DNA of 34,663 nucleotides from a virus (Duplodnaviria > Caudoviricetes): IMG/VR virus record IMGVR_UViG_3300032320_002087, positions 1-34,663 of that record. The stretch is one strand, 5' to 3'. Shown in pieces: positions 8,118 through 16,485 of the stretch. Both the position numbers and the translations under genes were made by a program. Each line of letters opens with the position of its first letter. The stretch's first letter is position 1. A model generated the notes under the pieces. That model saw only the letters and a program-made list of their open reading frames with translations. It made no database searches and was not told where the DNA came from.

Positions 8118-9578
8118 ATGAATAATAAGAGTATCGGAGTAATCGGTGGTGGCACAGCAGGGTTTGTAACCGCGCTGATTTTAAAATCTCGATTTCCGCA
8201 CTTGAAAATTGATATTATCTGTTCTTCAAAAATTGGTATAGTAGGCGTTGGAGAAGGCAGCACAGAGCATTGGAATGAATTTTTAAAGTATATTGGTGTT
8301 TCATGGAAATCGGTGATTAATAGATGTGATGCCACTTTCAAAGCTGGTATTATGTTTAAGGGTTGGGCCAATGAAGATTATCTACATAGCACCAATCCAG
8401 ATTTTGAAGGCAAGACCGGTCAGTACATGTATGTATACGGTAACCGTATTTCAAAAGGTTATCCAGAATCATCTGTTACACCAACTCTTGTATGGAAAAA
8501 TTTAATAGATAACAGATACTTTGAGGATAAGGATCCGCCGTTTAATCAATTTCATTTTAACACACAAAAACTTAACAGCTTCTTTCACGAAGTTGCTGCA
8601 TTAAAAGACATTCCAGTAATAGATGATGAGGTCACTGATGTCATGCTTAATGAGGCTGGTGAAATTTCATCAGTGAAAGGAAATTTACAAGAATACAAAT
8701 ACGATTTTTATATCGACTGCACTGGATTTAAACGATTATTAATTTCAAAATTGGGTGGCAAATGGGTCAGCCATGGCAAATATCTAAAAATGAAATCTGC
8801 AATAGTATTTCCAACAGAAGAAAAATCAGAGTATAACATCTACACCACTGCTCAAGCAATGGATTATGGATGGATGTTTACTATTCCAGTATGGGGCAGA
8901 AATGGTAACGGTTACATATTTGATAGTGACTACATAACAGCTGATCAGGCCAAGGAAGAAGTAGAAAGATTTTTAGGTCACAGTATTACTGTCGGAAAAC
9001 ATATTACATTTGATCCCGGTGCTATCGATAAAGCATGGATTAAAAATTGTGTGGCTGTTGGACTGAGTGGAAATTTCATTGAACCATTGGAAGCTACTAG
9101 TATAGGCACCAGCATACAACAGGCATTCCTATTAATGCATCGATTCCCCAACTATACTCAATCAACAATTGATCAGTATAACGCAGATTTAGACAAGATA
9201 ATGGAGAATGTTAGAGACTTTGTTATACTGCATTATCAGACCAATAAAACTAATACCCAGTTTTGGAGAGATGTGTCTGCGTTAGAAATTCCAGATTCAT
9301 TAAAAACAAAGTTAGAAAGATGGCGAAATAATCTTCCTATTGAGGAGGATTTTAGTGGGTTAAGCAAATATATTATGTTTAGAGAGTCAAACTTTACTCA
9401 GGTATTGCACGGTCTCGATTTGTTTGATCGAGAAAAGATCAAACAAGAATACGAGATGCAACGTCAAGAAATTAAAGACATTGCAGATGCAAAGATTTTA
9501 GATATTGTAAAATATGAAAAGTCGTTGACCACAGTCGGTCACAAGAGATTTTTAGAATTAATCCGACAGGGTCTTTGA
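8118..9578 (+). CDS. Flavin-dependent halogenase (tryptophan halogenase family) 2
   Basis: GGGTAG, GVGEGS, ATFKAGI, FYIDCTGF, WMFTIP and FIEPLEATS. Confidence 0.92.
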   Translation: MNNKSIGVIGGGTAGFVTALILKSRFPHLKIDIICSSKIGIVGVGEGSTEHWNEFLKYIGVSWKSVINRCDATFKAGIMFKGWANEDYLHSTNPDFEGKTGQYMYVYGNRISKGYPESSVTPTLVWKNLIDNRYFEDKDPPFNQFHFNTQKLNSFFHEVAALKDIPVIDDEVTDVMLNEAGEISSVKGNLQEYKYDFYIDCTGFKRLLISKLGGKWVSHGKYLKMKSAIVFPTEEKSEYNIYTTAQAMDYGWMFTIPVWGRNGNGYIFDSDYITADQAKEEVERFLGHSITVGKHITFDPGAIDKAWIKNCVAVGLSGNFIEPLEATSIGTSIQQAFLLMHRFPNYTQSTIDQYNADLDKIMENVRDFVILHYQTNKTNTQFWRDVSALEIPDSLKTKLERWRNNLPIEEDFSGLSKYIMFRESNFTQVLHGLDLFDREKIKQEYEMQRQEIKDIADAKILDIVKYEKSLTTVGHKRFLELIRQGL

Positions 9579-10184
9579 TTCGTAACAAAATAGTACTTGA
9601 TTAAATCTATGATCTTTAAAAAATGTATCATCATCGATAATCATTCCGTGGTGGAACTTTTTTCCGTTAAACAATATTAGTCTGTTGTATGCTGCTTCGA
9701 GAGTTTTTATTACTCGATATTTTGATTTTGGCCGCCATGGTTCAAAATGTTCGGGACCAGTCCACTGATCTTCTTCAATGCTTTCATATAAATTAGTACC
9801 AGAAGAATTAAAATAAACTATTCCGGTGTAGCCTAGATCAGTATGAGGTGCCCAGTAGTTATTGAAGTAATCGTTAAAATAATAATTTGTAAACTTTATT
9901 CTATTTGTAACTATCTGAGTAGGTTGTGCAATGGGCTGGCCGCATATTTTTTCTATAGCAGAACTCACAGTTGTAAATCTATCGTCACTGAAATCATGAC
10001 GACAATCTTCAAAATGTACTCCGTTGTATGTTGGAGTGGTCCATTCTTTCCATAGTTTAGCAGGATGACTTTGTATAAAGGTTTCAACTTCTTGAGGATT
10101 TTTATAGAAGTTGTCGATGGTATAAATCATCGATCCACGAAAATGTTCAGTTTGAATATTTTCTAAATTTATGCCAAATAACAT
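9558..10184 (-). CDS. DUF6445-like putative Fe(II)/2OG oxygenase (start revised to 10184)
   Basis: IDNFYKNP, APHTD, GIVYFN, GTNLY, YNRLILFNGKKFHHG and RFNQVLF. The ATG sits just after the upstream stop at 10186. Confidence 0.7.
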   Translation of the reverse strand: MLFGINLENIQTEHFRGSMIYTIDNFYKNPQEVETFIQSHPAKLWKEWTTPTYNGVHFEDCRHDFSDDRFTTVSSAIEKICGQPIAQPTQIVTNRIKFTNYYFNDYFNNYWAPHTDLGYTGIVYFNSSGTNLYESIEEDQWTGPEHFEPWRPKSKYRVIKTLEAAYNRLILFNGKKFHHGMIIDDDTFFKDHRFNQVLFCYESKTLSD

Positions 10185-10185
10185 T

Positions 10186-10767
10186 TTAAAAATTAAATGC
10201 CACAGATATACGGGGTTCAATGTTCTCGTTTATCGTAACCATGTGTCGAACGTATGATCTAAATATAACTAAGGTACCGGCTTCGGCTGAATACCCGACC
10301 TTTGAATAACTTAGTTCATTCCTGTCTGGAATATCTTTTATAGGCAACATATCTGGCTCTCTCGGATCTTCAAATACAATTCGGCCAGATCCGGGTGGGG
10401 CTGCAATATAATAGACTGCACTTATAGTACTTTCATTATGTGTGTGCATCTCTTGAAAGTTACCTTTGGTAGAAACATTCACCCATGCAGACTCACAACT
10501 GTATGTTTTTATTGAGTTATGTGCTTTTACATATTGTCCCACATGATACGTGACAGCTTCAATTAGAGGTTGAAAGCTAGCATCTTTTAAAATATCATAT
10601 GAGGTATTGTGTGTGGTATAAGTTTGACCTTCCCACTCGTCGCCGCCCGTGGGCGTAGATTTTTGAATTTCTAATACGTGTGCCTGCCACAGTAGATTGT
10701 GATCAGAACTAAAAAGATCTGATTCTAAATATACAGTAGTCGGAAACCATTTTTCTATTTTAGCCAT
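10186..10767 (-). CDS. TIGR02466-like putative Fe(II)/2OG oxygenase (start revised to 10767)
   Basis: WFPTTVY, AWVNV..QEMHTH, ISAVYY, GRIVFEDPR, FRSYVRHMV and RISVAFNF. The ATG sits just after the upstream stop at 10769. Confidence 0.85.
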   Translation of the reverse strand: MAKIEKWFPTTVYLESDLFSSDHNLLWQAHVLEIQKSTPTGGDEWEGQTYTTHNTSYDILKDASFQPLIEAVTYHVGQYVKAHNSIKTYSCESAWVNVSTKGNFQEMHTHNESTISAVYYIAAPPGSGRIVFEDPREPDMLPIKDIPDRNELSYSKVGYSAEAGTLVIFRSYVRHMVTINENIEPRISVAFNF

Positions 10768-10768
10768 G

Positions 10769-11347
10769 TCATATTTGTAAATTAATATTAATAACCATAC
10801 GTCGATCGTGATGTATTGGATTAGCTGCTGTGTGGTATACAAACCCGTTTTCCAAATACAGCATACGATTGGCTTTTGGCACAACTCTTGCTTTGACTGT
10901 AAATTCAGTAGGTTCGTCAGTGCCATCAAAGACTTGATCAAATATTCTTGTATCACCGTCGCTGTCGTTGATATAATAAATCAGCGTACTGTGAGGATAA
11001 AAATAATCAACATGCGGTAAATTGTAATTTTCTGGTCCAAACCCTATTTTAGGATGTTTCATTCCCATTCGGATTCTTAATAATTTCTGTATCTTGGTAT
11101 TAAACAGTTCTTCAAACTTTGCCAAGATCGGGGGCATTGCTCGAAACATATACGACTTACTGTCATCCTCATGGTTGTAAACCATATGATTGTATCCAAA
11201 AGTTTCCTGCGACATTGGATCAGGCATGTCAGCACCCGGTGGCAAGGAAACATTTGATATGTAGAACCAAGGAAAATCAGTTGACTCTATATGAGTTTTT
11301 AATGTTTGAAAATCTGCGTCATCTAAGAAATTATCAATAATTTGCAT
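10769..11347 (-). CDS. Putative Fe(II)/2OG oxygenase
   Basis: IIDNFL, FPWFY, LPHVD, YYINDSDGDTRIF, VYHTA and RMVININ. Confidence 0.8.
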   Translation of the reverse strand: MQIIDNFLDDADFQTLKTHIESTDFPWFYISNVSLPPGADMPDPMSQETFGYNHMVYNHEDDSKSYMFRAMPPILAKFEELFNTKIQKLLRIRMGMKHPKIGFGPENYNLPHVDYFYPHSTLIYYINDSDGDTRIFDQVFDGTDEPTEFTVKARVVPKANRMLYLENGFVYHTAANPIHHDRRMVININLQI

Positions 11348-11353
11348 ATAGGA

Positions 11354-11361
11354 TATTTAGT
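11354..11361 (-). promoter_or_regulatory. Late-promoter-like motif ACTAAATA, probable leaderless transcript
   Basis: TAAATA ends 6 nt before ATG 11347, with no Shine-Dalgarno. Confidence 0.5.
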
Positions 11362-11403
11362 GGGTGTAAACTGTCAAAATGTGTAGATCTGAAAACTTCT
11401 AAA

Positions 11404-11411
11404 GATAAGTA
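11404..11411 (+). promoter_or_regulatory. Late-promoter-like variant GATAAGTA
   Basis: 24 nt before ATG 11436 with GAGG in the leader. Same octamer as at 4659. Confidence 0.45.
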
Positions 11412-11435
11412 TATGTACTCGAGGCACTGTACACA

Positions 11436-12194
11436 ATGATAGATTTTTTTATTAAACGATCCAAGGTAGTATTAGATTGTTTTACTGATAACTTAAATGC
11501 GTTTGACTATTTTCCTATTAAAGATTCTAATAATTTTTATCCGGAATGGTGGAAAGCCATGCCAAAGACTGATAAAACAACCACTGAAGTAGGTATTGAG
11601 ACTCAAAGAGGTACTATAAAAACCTGCGATGGGATTATTGCTCTGTATCAACAAGGATTTATGATTCCGCTGTGGAGTGATCTTCTTTTAGAAACACATG
11701 ATAACGGTTTTAAATATACCTTTGCAGACGAAATAAGTCGTATCGGTAATCACGATTATGAACAAACATCAAGAGAATTTTTACCCTATATACATTTTAA
11801 ATTACATTCACCTTGGCTGATTAAGTCATCTAAAGGTGTACAGTTCTTTTTTACTCAGCCCTCATATAATCATGTACAAACATTGACTTCCTGGCATGTA
11901 TTACCAGGAGTGATAGATTTTAAGTATCAACATGCGACCAATATAAACGTTGTTGCTCCGAGGGGTAAAAGATTTGAATTGGCGGCAGGAATGCCTTTGG
12001 CACAGTTGATTCCGTTAACTGACCAAGAAGTTGATCTACGATTGCATATGATCGATCCAACAAAAATTGAAGACCTTAGACTAAAAAACAGCTTCTATCC
12101 ATTCTTTAACGGATCATATAAAAAAATGAAAAAACTAATTAACGAAAAAGAAAAAAACAAAAGCAAGTGCCCATTTTTAGGAAAAAATAAATGA
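11436..12194 (+). CDS. Conserved phage hypothetical protein (possibly DUF6065/dUTPase-like beta fold)
   Basis: 252 aa with PEWWK, TIKTC, GFMIPLWSD, KLHSPW, LPGVID, GMPLAQLIP and a C-terminal KCPF. ATGA-coupled to halogenase 3. The fold call is tentative. Confidence 0.6.
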   Translation: MIDFFIKRSKVVLDCFTDNLNAFDYFPIKDSNNFYPEWWKAMPKTDKTTTEVGIETQRGTIKTCDGIIALYQQGFMIPLWSDLLLETHDNGFKYTFADEISRIGNHDYEQTSREFLPYIHFKLHSPWLIKSSKGVQFFFTQPSYNHVQTLTSWHVLPGVIDFKYQHATNINVVAPRGKRFELAAGMPLAQLIPLTDQEVDLRLHMIDPTKIEDLRLKNSFYPFFNGSYKKMKKLINEKEKNKSKCPFLGKNK

Positions 12195-13654
12195 AAGTTG
12201 ACAACATAGTTATTGTAGGGGGCGGTACCAGCGGATGGTTGACTGCTGCATATCTATGCAATAATCATCCAGATATTGAGATCACCGTTATAGATAAAGA
12301 AGTCGGAACACCTGTAGGTGTAGGGGAAGGTACATTATTGCAAATTGGTCCCTTTTTATTAGAATGTGGCTTTGAGTTCTCTGAGTGGTTTCCTGCTGTA
12401 GATGCCACATATAAATCTGCTATTCTATTTGCAAACTGGCAAGGCAAGGGCAAAGACGTGTGGCATCCTTTTTACAAAGGAAACCGTACAATTGATCCGC
12501 AAACAAAATTATACGATTTGTGGTCTCAGGCTCAAGAACTTGATTTTAAAAAAATTGCCATGGCCTATTACGATTCTTCTGTACTACATAATTCTGTAGA
12601 TGCAAATAATTTAAAACACTATGGGTATCATATAGACTGTTCTAAGTTAGTTGAGTTTATACAACAAAAGCTAAAAAATAAAATTAAATTAATCAAATCA
12701 GATGTTGTTGATATCTTATATAATCACGACAGTATTTCAAGTTTAAAATTAAAAAATAGCGAAACTATTTCTGCAGACTTATTTGTAGATTGTACTGGAT
12801 TTAAAGGTCTGCTTAAAAGATCCAATAAGCGTATTAATTTAGAAGGTCGACTATTTTGTAATACTGCAATTGCAGGCCACATTCCTTATAAAGATAGAGA
12901 CAATGAACTGCATCCATATGTGATTTCCGAAGCAGTTGATCACGGATGGATATGGAATATTCCAGTTTCGTCAAGAATTGGCAGTGGTTTGGTTTTTAAT
13001 AGAAATATCACCGACATTGAAGAAGCCAAAGAATATTTTGTTAACTATTGGGATCATAGGATTAGTAAAGAAAATTGCAAGGTTATCGATTGGACTCCGT
13101 TTTATAATGAAGACATGTGGTATGGTAATGTCGTTTCGGTTGGATTAAGTGCTGGATTTATTGAGCCGTTAGAAAGCACAGGAATCGCTCTAATCACCAG
13201 TGGAGTGACACAGTTGAGTAATGCTATACGTACACAGTATTACACCAATGACGATGTTGACTTTTTCAATCTTCAAATGAAAATAATGTTTGAAGACTGT
13301 GTAGATTTTGTAAGCATGCACTATGCAAATAATGAAAGAGATACAAAATTTTGGTCGTATGTAAAAAGCACGTGGACCCCGTCTGCAAAAATGTCACACT
13401 ATCTCAATAAGTTAGCCAGTCCGTCTGTTGAAATTCCAAATGCTGGTAAATTTCATTCTGTGTTCGATGGCGTTAACTGGGCTGTTTGGCTAATACAAAT
13501 GGGCTTTCCTGTGGCTTCAAGAAAAACCAACTTCAGCAAACAGGAAGCGGAAAATATTTTAACTGATAACTATCTAAAAAATGAAAAACACAGGCACGTG
13601 TGGAGTCGACATCACGCCTCTGAAATCGATAGACTAAAGGAATACTTTAAATGA
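12191..13654 (+). CDS. Flavin-dependent halogenase (tryptophan halogenase family) 3
   Basis: GGGTSG, GVGEGT, ATYKSAI, LFVDCTGF, WIWNIP and FIEPLESTG. Confidence 0.92.
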   Translation: MKVDNIVIVGGGTSGWLTAAYLCNNHPDIEITVIDKEVGTPVGVGEGTLLQIGPFLLECGFEFSEWFPAVDATYKSAILFANWQGKGKDVWHPFYKGNRTIDPQTKLYDLWSQAQELDFKKIAMAYYDSSVLHNSVDANNLKHYGYHIDCSKLVEFIQQKLKNKIKLIKSDVVDILYNHDSISSLKLKNSETISADLFVDCTGFKGLLKRSNKRINLEGRLFCNTAIAGHIPYKDRDNELHPYVISEAVDHGWIWNIPVSSRIGSGLVFNRNITDIEEAKEYFVNYWDHRISKENCKVIDWTPFYNEDMWYGNVVSVGLSAGFIEPLESTGIALITSGVTQLSNAIRTQYYTNDDVDFFNLQMKIMFEDCVDFVSMHYANNERDTKFWSYVKSTWTPSAKMSHYLNKLASPSVEIPNAGKFHSVFDGVNWAVWLIQMGFPVASRKTNFSKQEAENILTDNYLKNEKHRHVWSRHHASEIDRLKEYFK

Positions 13655-15132
13655 AAGTTGAAACCGTAGTCATTGTCGGTGGCGGAACTTCTGGTTGGTT
13701 AGCTGCTGCTTATCTGCATAATAATCATCCAGATATTAAAATTACTGTTGTGGATAAAGAGTTAGGAAATGCTATCGGGGTTGGCGAAGCTACTCTTTTA
13801 AATTTTGAACCGTTTATGTCGGAATGCGGATTTCCCATTGAAGATTGGTTTGTAAAATTAGACACCGGATATAAATCAGGTATCATGTTTTCGAATTGGC
13901 AAGAACCAGGCAATGACATATGGCATCCTTTTTACAAGGGCCAAAGAAGATTAACACCACATCTTAGACTGTGGGATGTATGGAGTTTAGCTCAAGAATT
14001 TGATTTTAAAACTTATGCATTAGGGTCGTATTCAAACACTGTTCTTAACAACACTGTTGACATCGATCCAGTAAATAAACCTAATGCATATCATATAGAT
14101 TGTGGTAAATTGATTTTATATATTCAAAAGAAACTACAGGATAAAATTGATGTGATTAGATCGGATGTAGTTGAAGTTCAAAGAGAAGGCGACACTGTAA
14201 CAGGACTAACACTCAAAGATGGCGGTATAATTGTTGCTGATCTGTTTGTTGATTGTACTGGTTTTTTACAACTACTAAGAACTCCTAAAGTTCGTATTGA
14301 TCTCGATCAACGACTATTTGTTAACACAGCAGTAGTTTGCCAAATTCCATATGAAAACAGAAAAGAAGAATTTAAACCTTATGCGATCTGCGACGCAACT
14401 GACCACGGATGGATATGGAAGATTGGAGTTTCAAGTCGCATTGGTAGCGGAATGGTGTTTAATCGCAACATAACCACCATCGACGAAGCTAAAGAATATT
14501 TTGTAAAGTACTGGAACAATAGAATTCCAGTAGAAAAAGTTAGAGCTATTAATTGGGATCCATATTATATAGAAGACCAATGGAGTGGCAACGTTGTTAA
14601 TATTGGGCTAAGTGCGGGATTTATCGAGCCTCTCGAAAGCACTGGAATAGGTCTTATCACTACCGGAATAACACAGTTAAGCAACACTATCAAAGATAGA
14701 CACTATGTTGACATTGATAGACAAAACTTCAATGTACAAATGATTATGGTTTTTGAAGACGCTGTAGATTTTGTCAGTGCGCATTATGCTAACAATCATA
14801 GAACCAGCAAATTTTGGAATTATGTTAAAGAAACGTTTGTGCCTTCAGATAAAATGTTGCATCAAGTAGACGAATTAAAAAATTCTAATATCGAAGTACC
14901 GTATGGCGGTAAAGCACATTATTTTTTCACTGGATGTAATTGGACATTGTTATTACAACAATTGGGTTATGAAGTAGGTGAAAGAAACACTGGCCTTAAC
15001 AAAGAGGCAGCTGCCGAATTGTTAGTTGGTAACTATATTGAATTTGAAAAAAATCGACACGTATGGTGCAGGCATCATAGTGACGAGATTGATAGGATCG
15101 CCGAGTTAAGGAATTTCTATGACCACAACTAA
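13651..15132 (+). CDS. Flavin-dependent halogenase (tryptophan halogenase family) 4, tandem paralogue of 3
   Basis: GGGTSG, GVGEAT, TGYKSGI, LFVDCTGF, WIWKIG and FIEPLESTG. Colinear with 12191..13654. Confidence 0.92.
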   Translation: MKVETVVIVGGGTSGWLAAAYLHNNHPDIKITVVDKELGNAIGVGEATLLNFEPFMSECGFPIEDWFVKLDTGYKSGIMFSNWQEPGNDIWHPFYKGQRRLTPHLRLWDVWSLAQEFDFKTYALGSYSNTVLNNTVDIDPVNKPNAYHIDCGKLILYIQKKLQDKIDVIRSDVVEVQREGDTVTGLTLKDGGIIVADLFVDCTGFLQLLRTPKVRIDLDQRLFVNTAVVCQIPYENRKEEFKPYAICDATDHGWIWKIGVSSRIGSGMVFNRNITTIDEAKEYFVKYWNNRIPVEKVRAINWDPYYIEDQWSGNVVNIGLSAGFIEPLESTGIGLITTGITQLSNTIKDRHYVDIDRQNFNVQMIMVFEDAVDFVSAHYANNHRTSKFWNYVKETFVPSDKMLHQVDELKNSNIEVPYGGKAHYFFTGCNWTLLLQQLGYEVGERNTGLNKEAAAELLVGNYIEFEKNRHVWCRHHSDEIDRIAELRNFYDHN

Positions 15133-15754
15133 TTTTAATATCATCGAACAAACTGGAATTCTTCAAGTCAAATCAGCATTTACCAAAGAAGCATGTGCAG
15201 AAATCGCTAAACAGATTTTAGAGTATAAAGCGGAATCAACAAAAAATAATGACAGTGTTATGTTGTTAAATGTTAATCGAGGATGTTGGATGGGTCGACC
15301 TCAAGAAAACAACGGGCTTTCACCGGATGTGGCCAACTTATTGATTACTAAAATATTAACAGCCTGCGAGCAATATCTGTCATATTTGCCCAAACCTACA
15401 AATATGAATAACCTGAACACAGACTATCTAGATAAAACACAATGGCATGTACGTGCATGGTGCAATGTTAATGACCCGGGGTCTTCAAATTTCATGCATT
15501 CCCATCCCGGAAAAGTCGTGAGTGGGGTGATTTATTTTCAAGCTGAGGGAACTGGCATATTAGAATTTGTTCCGCATAACTACCTGAACAAGTTATCTAA
15601 CCCAGCCTGGCCGTATCACGGAACTAGTACTTACGAGCCGGCCGACGGTGATATGTTGATATTTCCTAGTTATTTGTTGCATGTAATACACAGGAATGAC
15701 AGCGACAAGCAACGAATAAACATGTCCTTTGATGCTTTCTACTTAGACAAATGA
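15119..15754 (+). CDS. TIGR02466-like putative Fe(II)/2OG oxygenase
   Basis: AWCNVNDPGSSNFMHSHP, VSGVIYF, IFPSYLLHVI and RINMSF. Confidence 0.85.
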   Translation: MTTTNFNIIEQTGILQVKSAFTKEACAEIAKQILEYKAESTKNNDSVMLLNVNRGCWMGRPQENNGLSPDVANLLITKILTACEQYLSYLPKPTNMNNLNTDYLDKTQWHVRAWCNVNDPGSSNFMHSHPGKVVSGVIYFQAEGTGILEFVPHNYLNKLSNPAWPYHGTSTYEPADGDMLIFPSYLLHVIHRNDSDKQRINMSFDAFYLDK

Positions 15755-16485
15755 TAATTGTAGAATGGGCATTTTCTCTTAGAGTCGAAGAGTGGTTAGA
15801 ACCTAACCTAGTTTCTTGGGCTGAGGACATCGAACGCAATATAGACCTACCTACAACATTATCTAAAGATGTCATCGAACTGAGAAGAAATGTAGTTTTT
15901 CTAAAATGCCCGGCTCATACTAATTTTATGAAAAACACCTTTGTGTTTAGATCGCCGATAGATATTAATATCGAAGTTGACGTTGACGTAGATCATGCTA
16001 ACGTGTGGTGCGATAATATTGAACAACCTCTGTTTGATAAGATCATAGATTTGCGATTTTTAAATGCCAAAGAAATTGGATCAAGCCCTTATCCGATTAT
16101 CGGTATTGATTTCTTAAATACTTTTAAATGTGATCAAAGTCTATCAATGTCGATCACTCCAGCGCATCTACACTATAATGAATTCACTACAAAAGCCAGT
16201 TTGATTCCAGGTTCGTTTGATATCAGTAAATGGACACGACCTGTTGAGTGCGTATTTGAAGTTAAGAATTCTCGAGAAAAAATTCAAATTAAAAAAGGTG
16301 ACGCTCTTTTCTATGTAAAATTTAATTCTGAAACTCAAATTAAATTAGAAAAAATCACCACCCCTTGGCCAGACATTGATATATGCGCTAAACTACGAGC
16401 AGATGCTCCTTTTAAATCGCTGGAATATCGATATCATAGTCTTGAAGACTATAAAAAATCAATAACGAACAATAACAACTCCTGA
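15751..16485 (+). CDS. Conserved phage hypothetical protein
   Basis: 244 aa with FLKCPA, NTFVFRSPID, PGSFDISKWTRP and IKKGDALFYVKF. ATGA-coupled, and the motif order loosely parallels 11436..12194. Confidence 0.6.
   Translation: MIIVEWAFSLRVEEWLEPNLVSWAEDIERNIDLPTTLSKDVIELRRNVVFLKCPAHTNFMKNTFVFRSPIDINIEVDVDVDHANVWCDNIEQPLFDKIIDLRFLNAKEIGSSPYPIIGIDFLNTFKCDQSLSMSITPAHLHYNEFTTKASLIPGSFDISKWTRPVECVFEVKNSREKIQIKKGDALFYVKFNSETQIKLEKITTPWPDIDICAKLRADAPFKSLEYRYHSLEDYKKSITNNNNS

Noticed and set aside
4736-15132. Bacterial secondary-metabolite cluster (pyrrolnitrin- or rebeccamycin-like)
   Set aside because: There is no scaffold synthase, transporter or regulator, and the context is phage structural genes with phage-type promoters.
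2560-15754. Possibility that some Fe/2OG enzymes are radical halogenases (SyrB2/WelO5/BesD type)
   Set aside because: Those enzymes replace the carboxylate ligand with Gly or Ala. All ten here read HxD or HxH.
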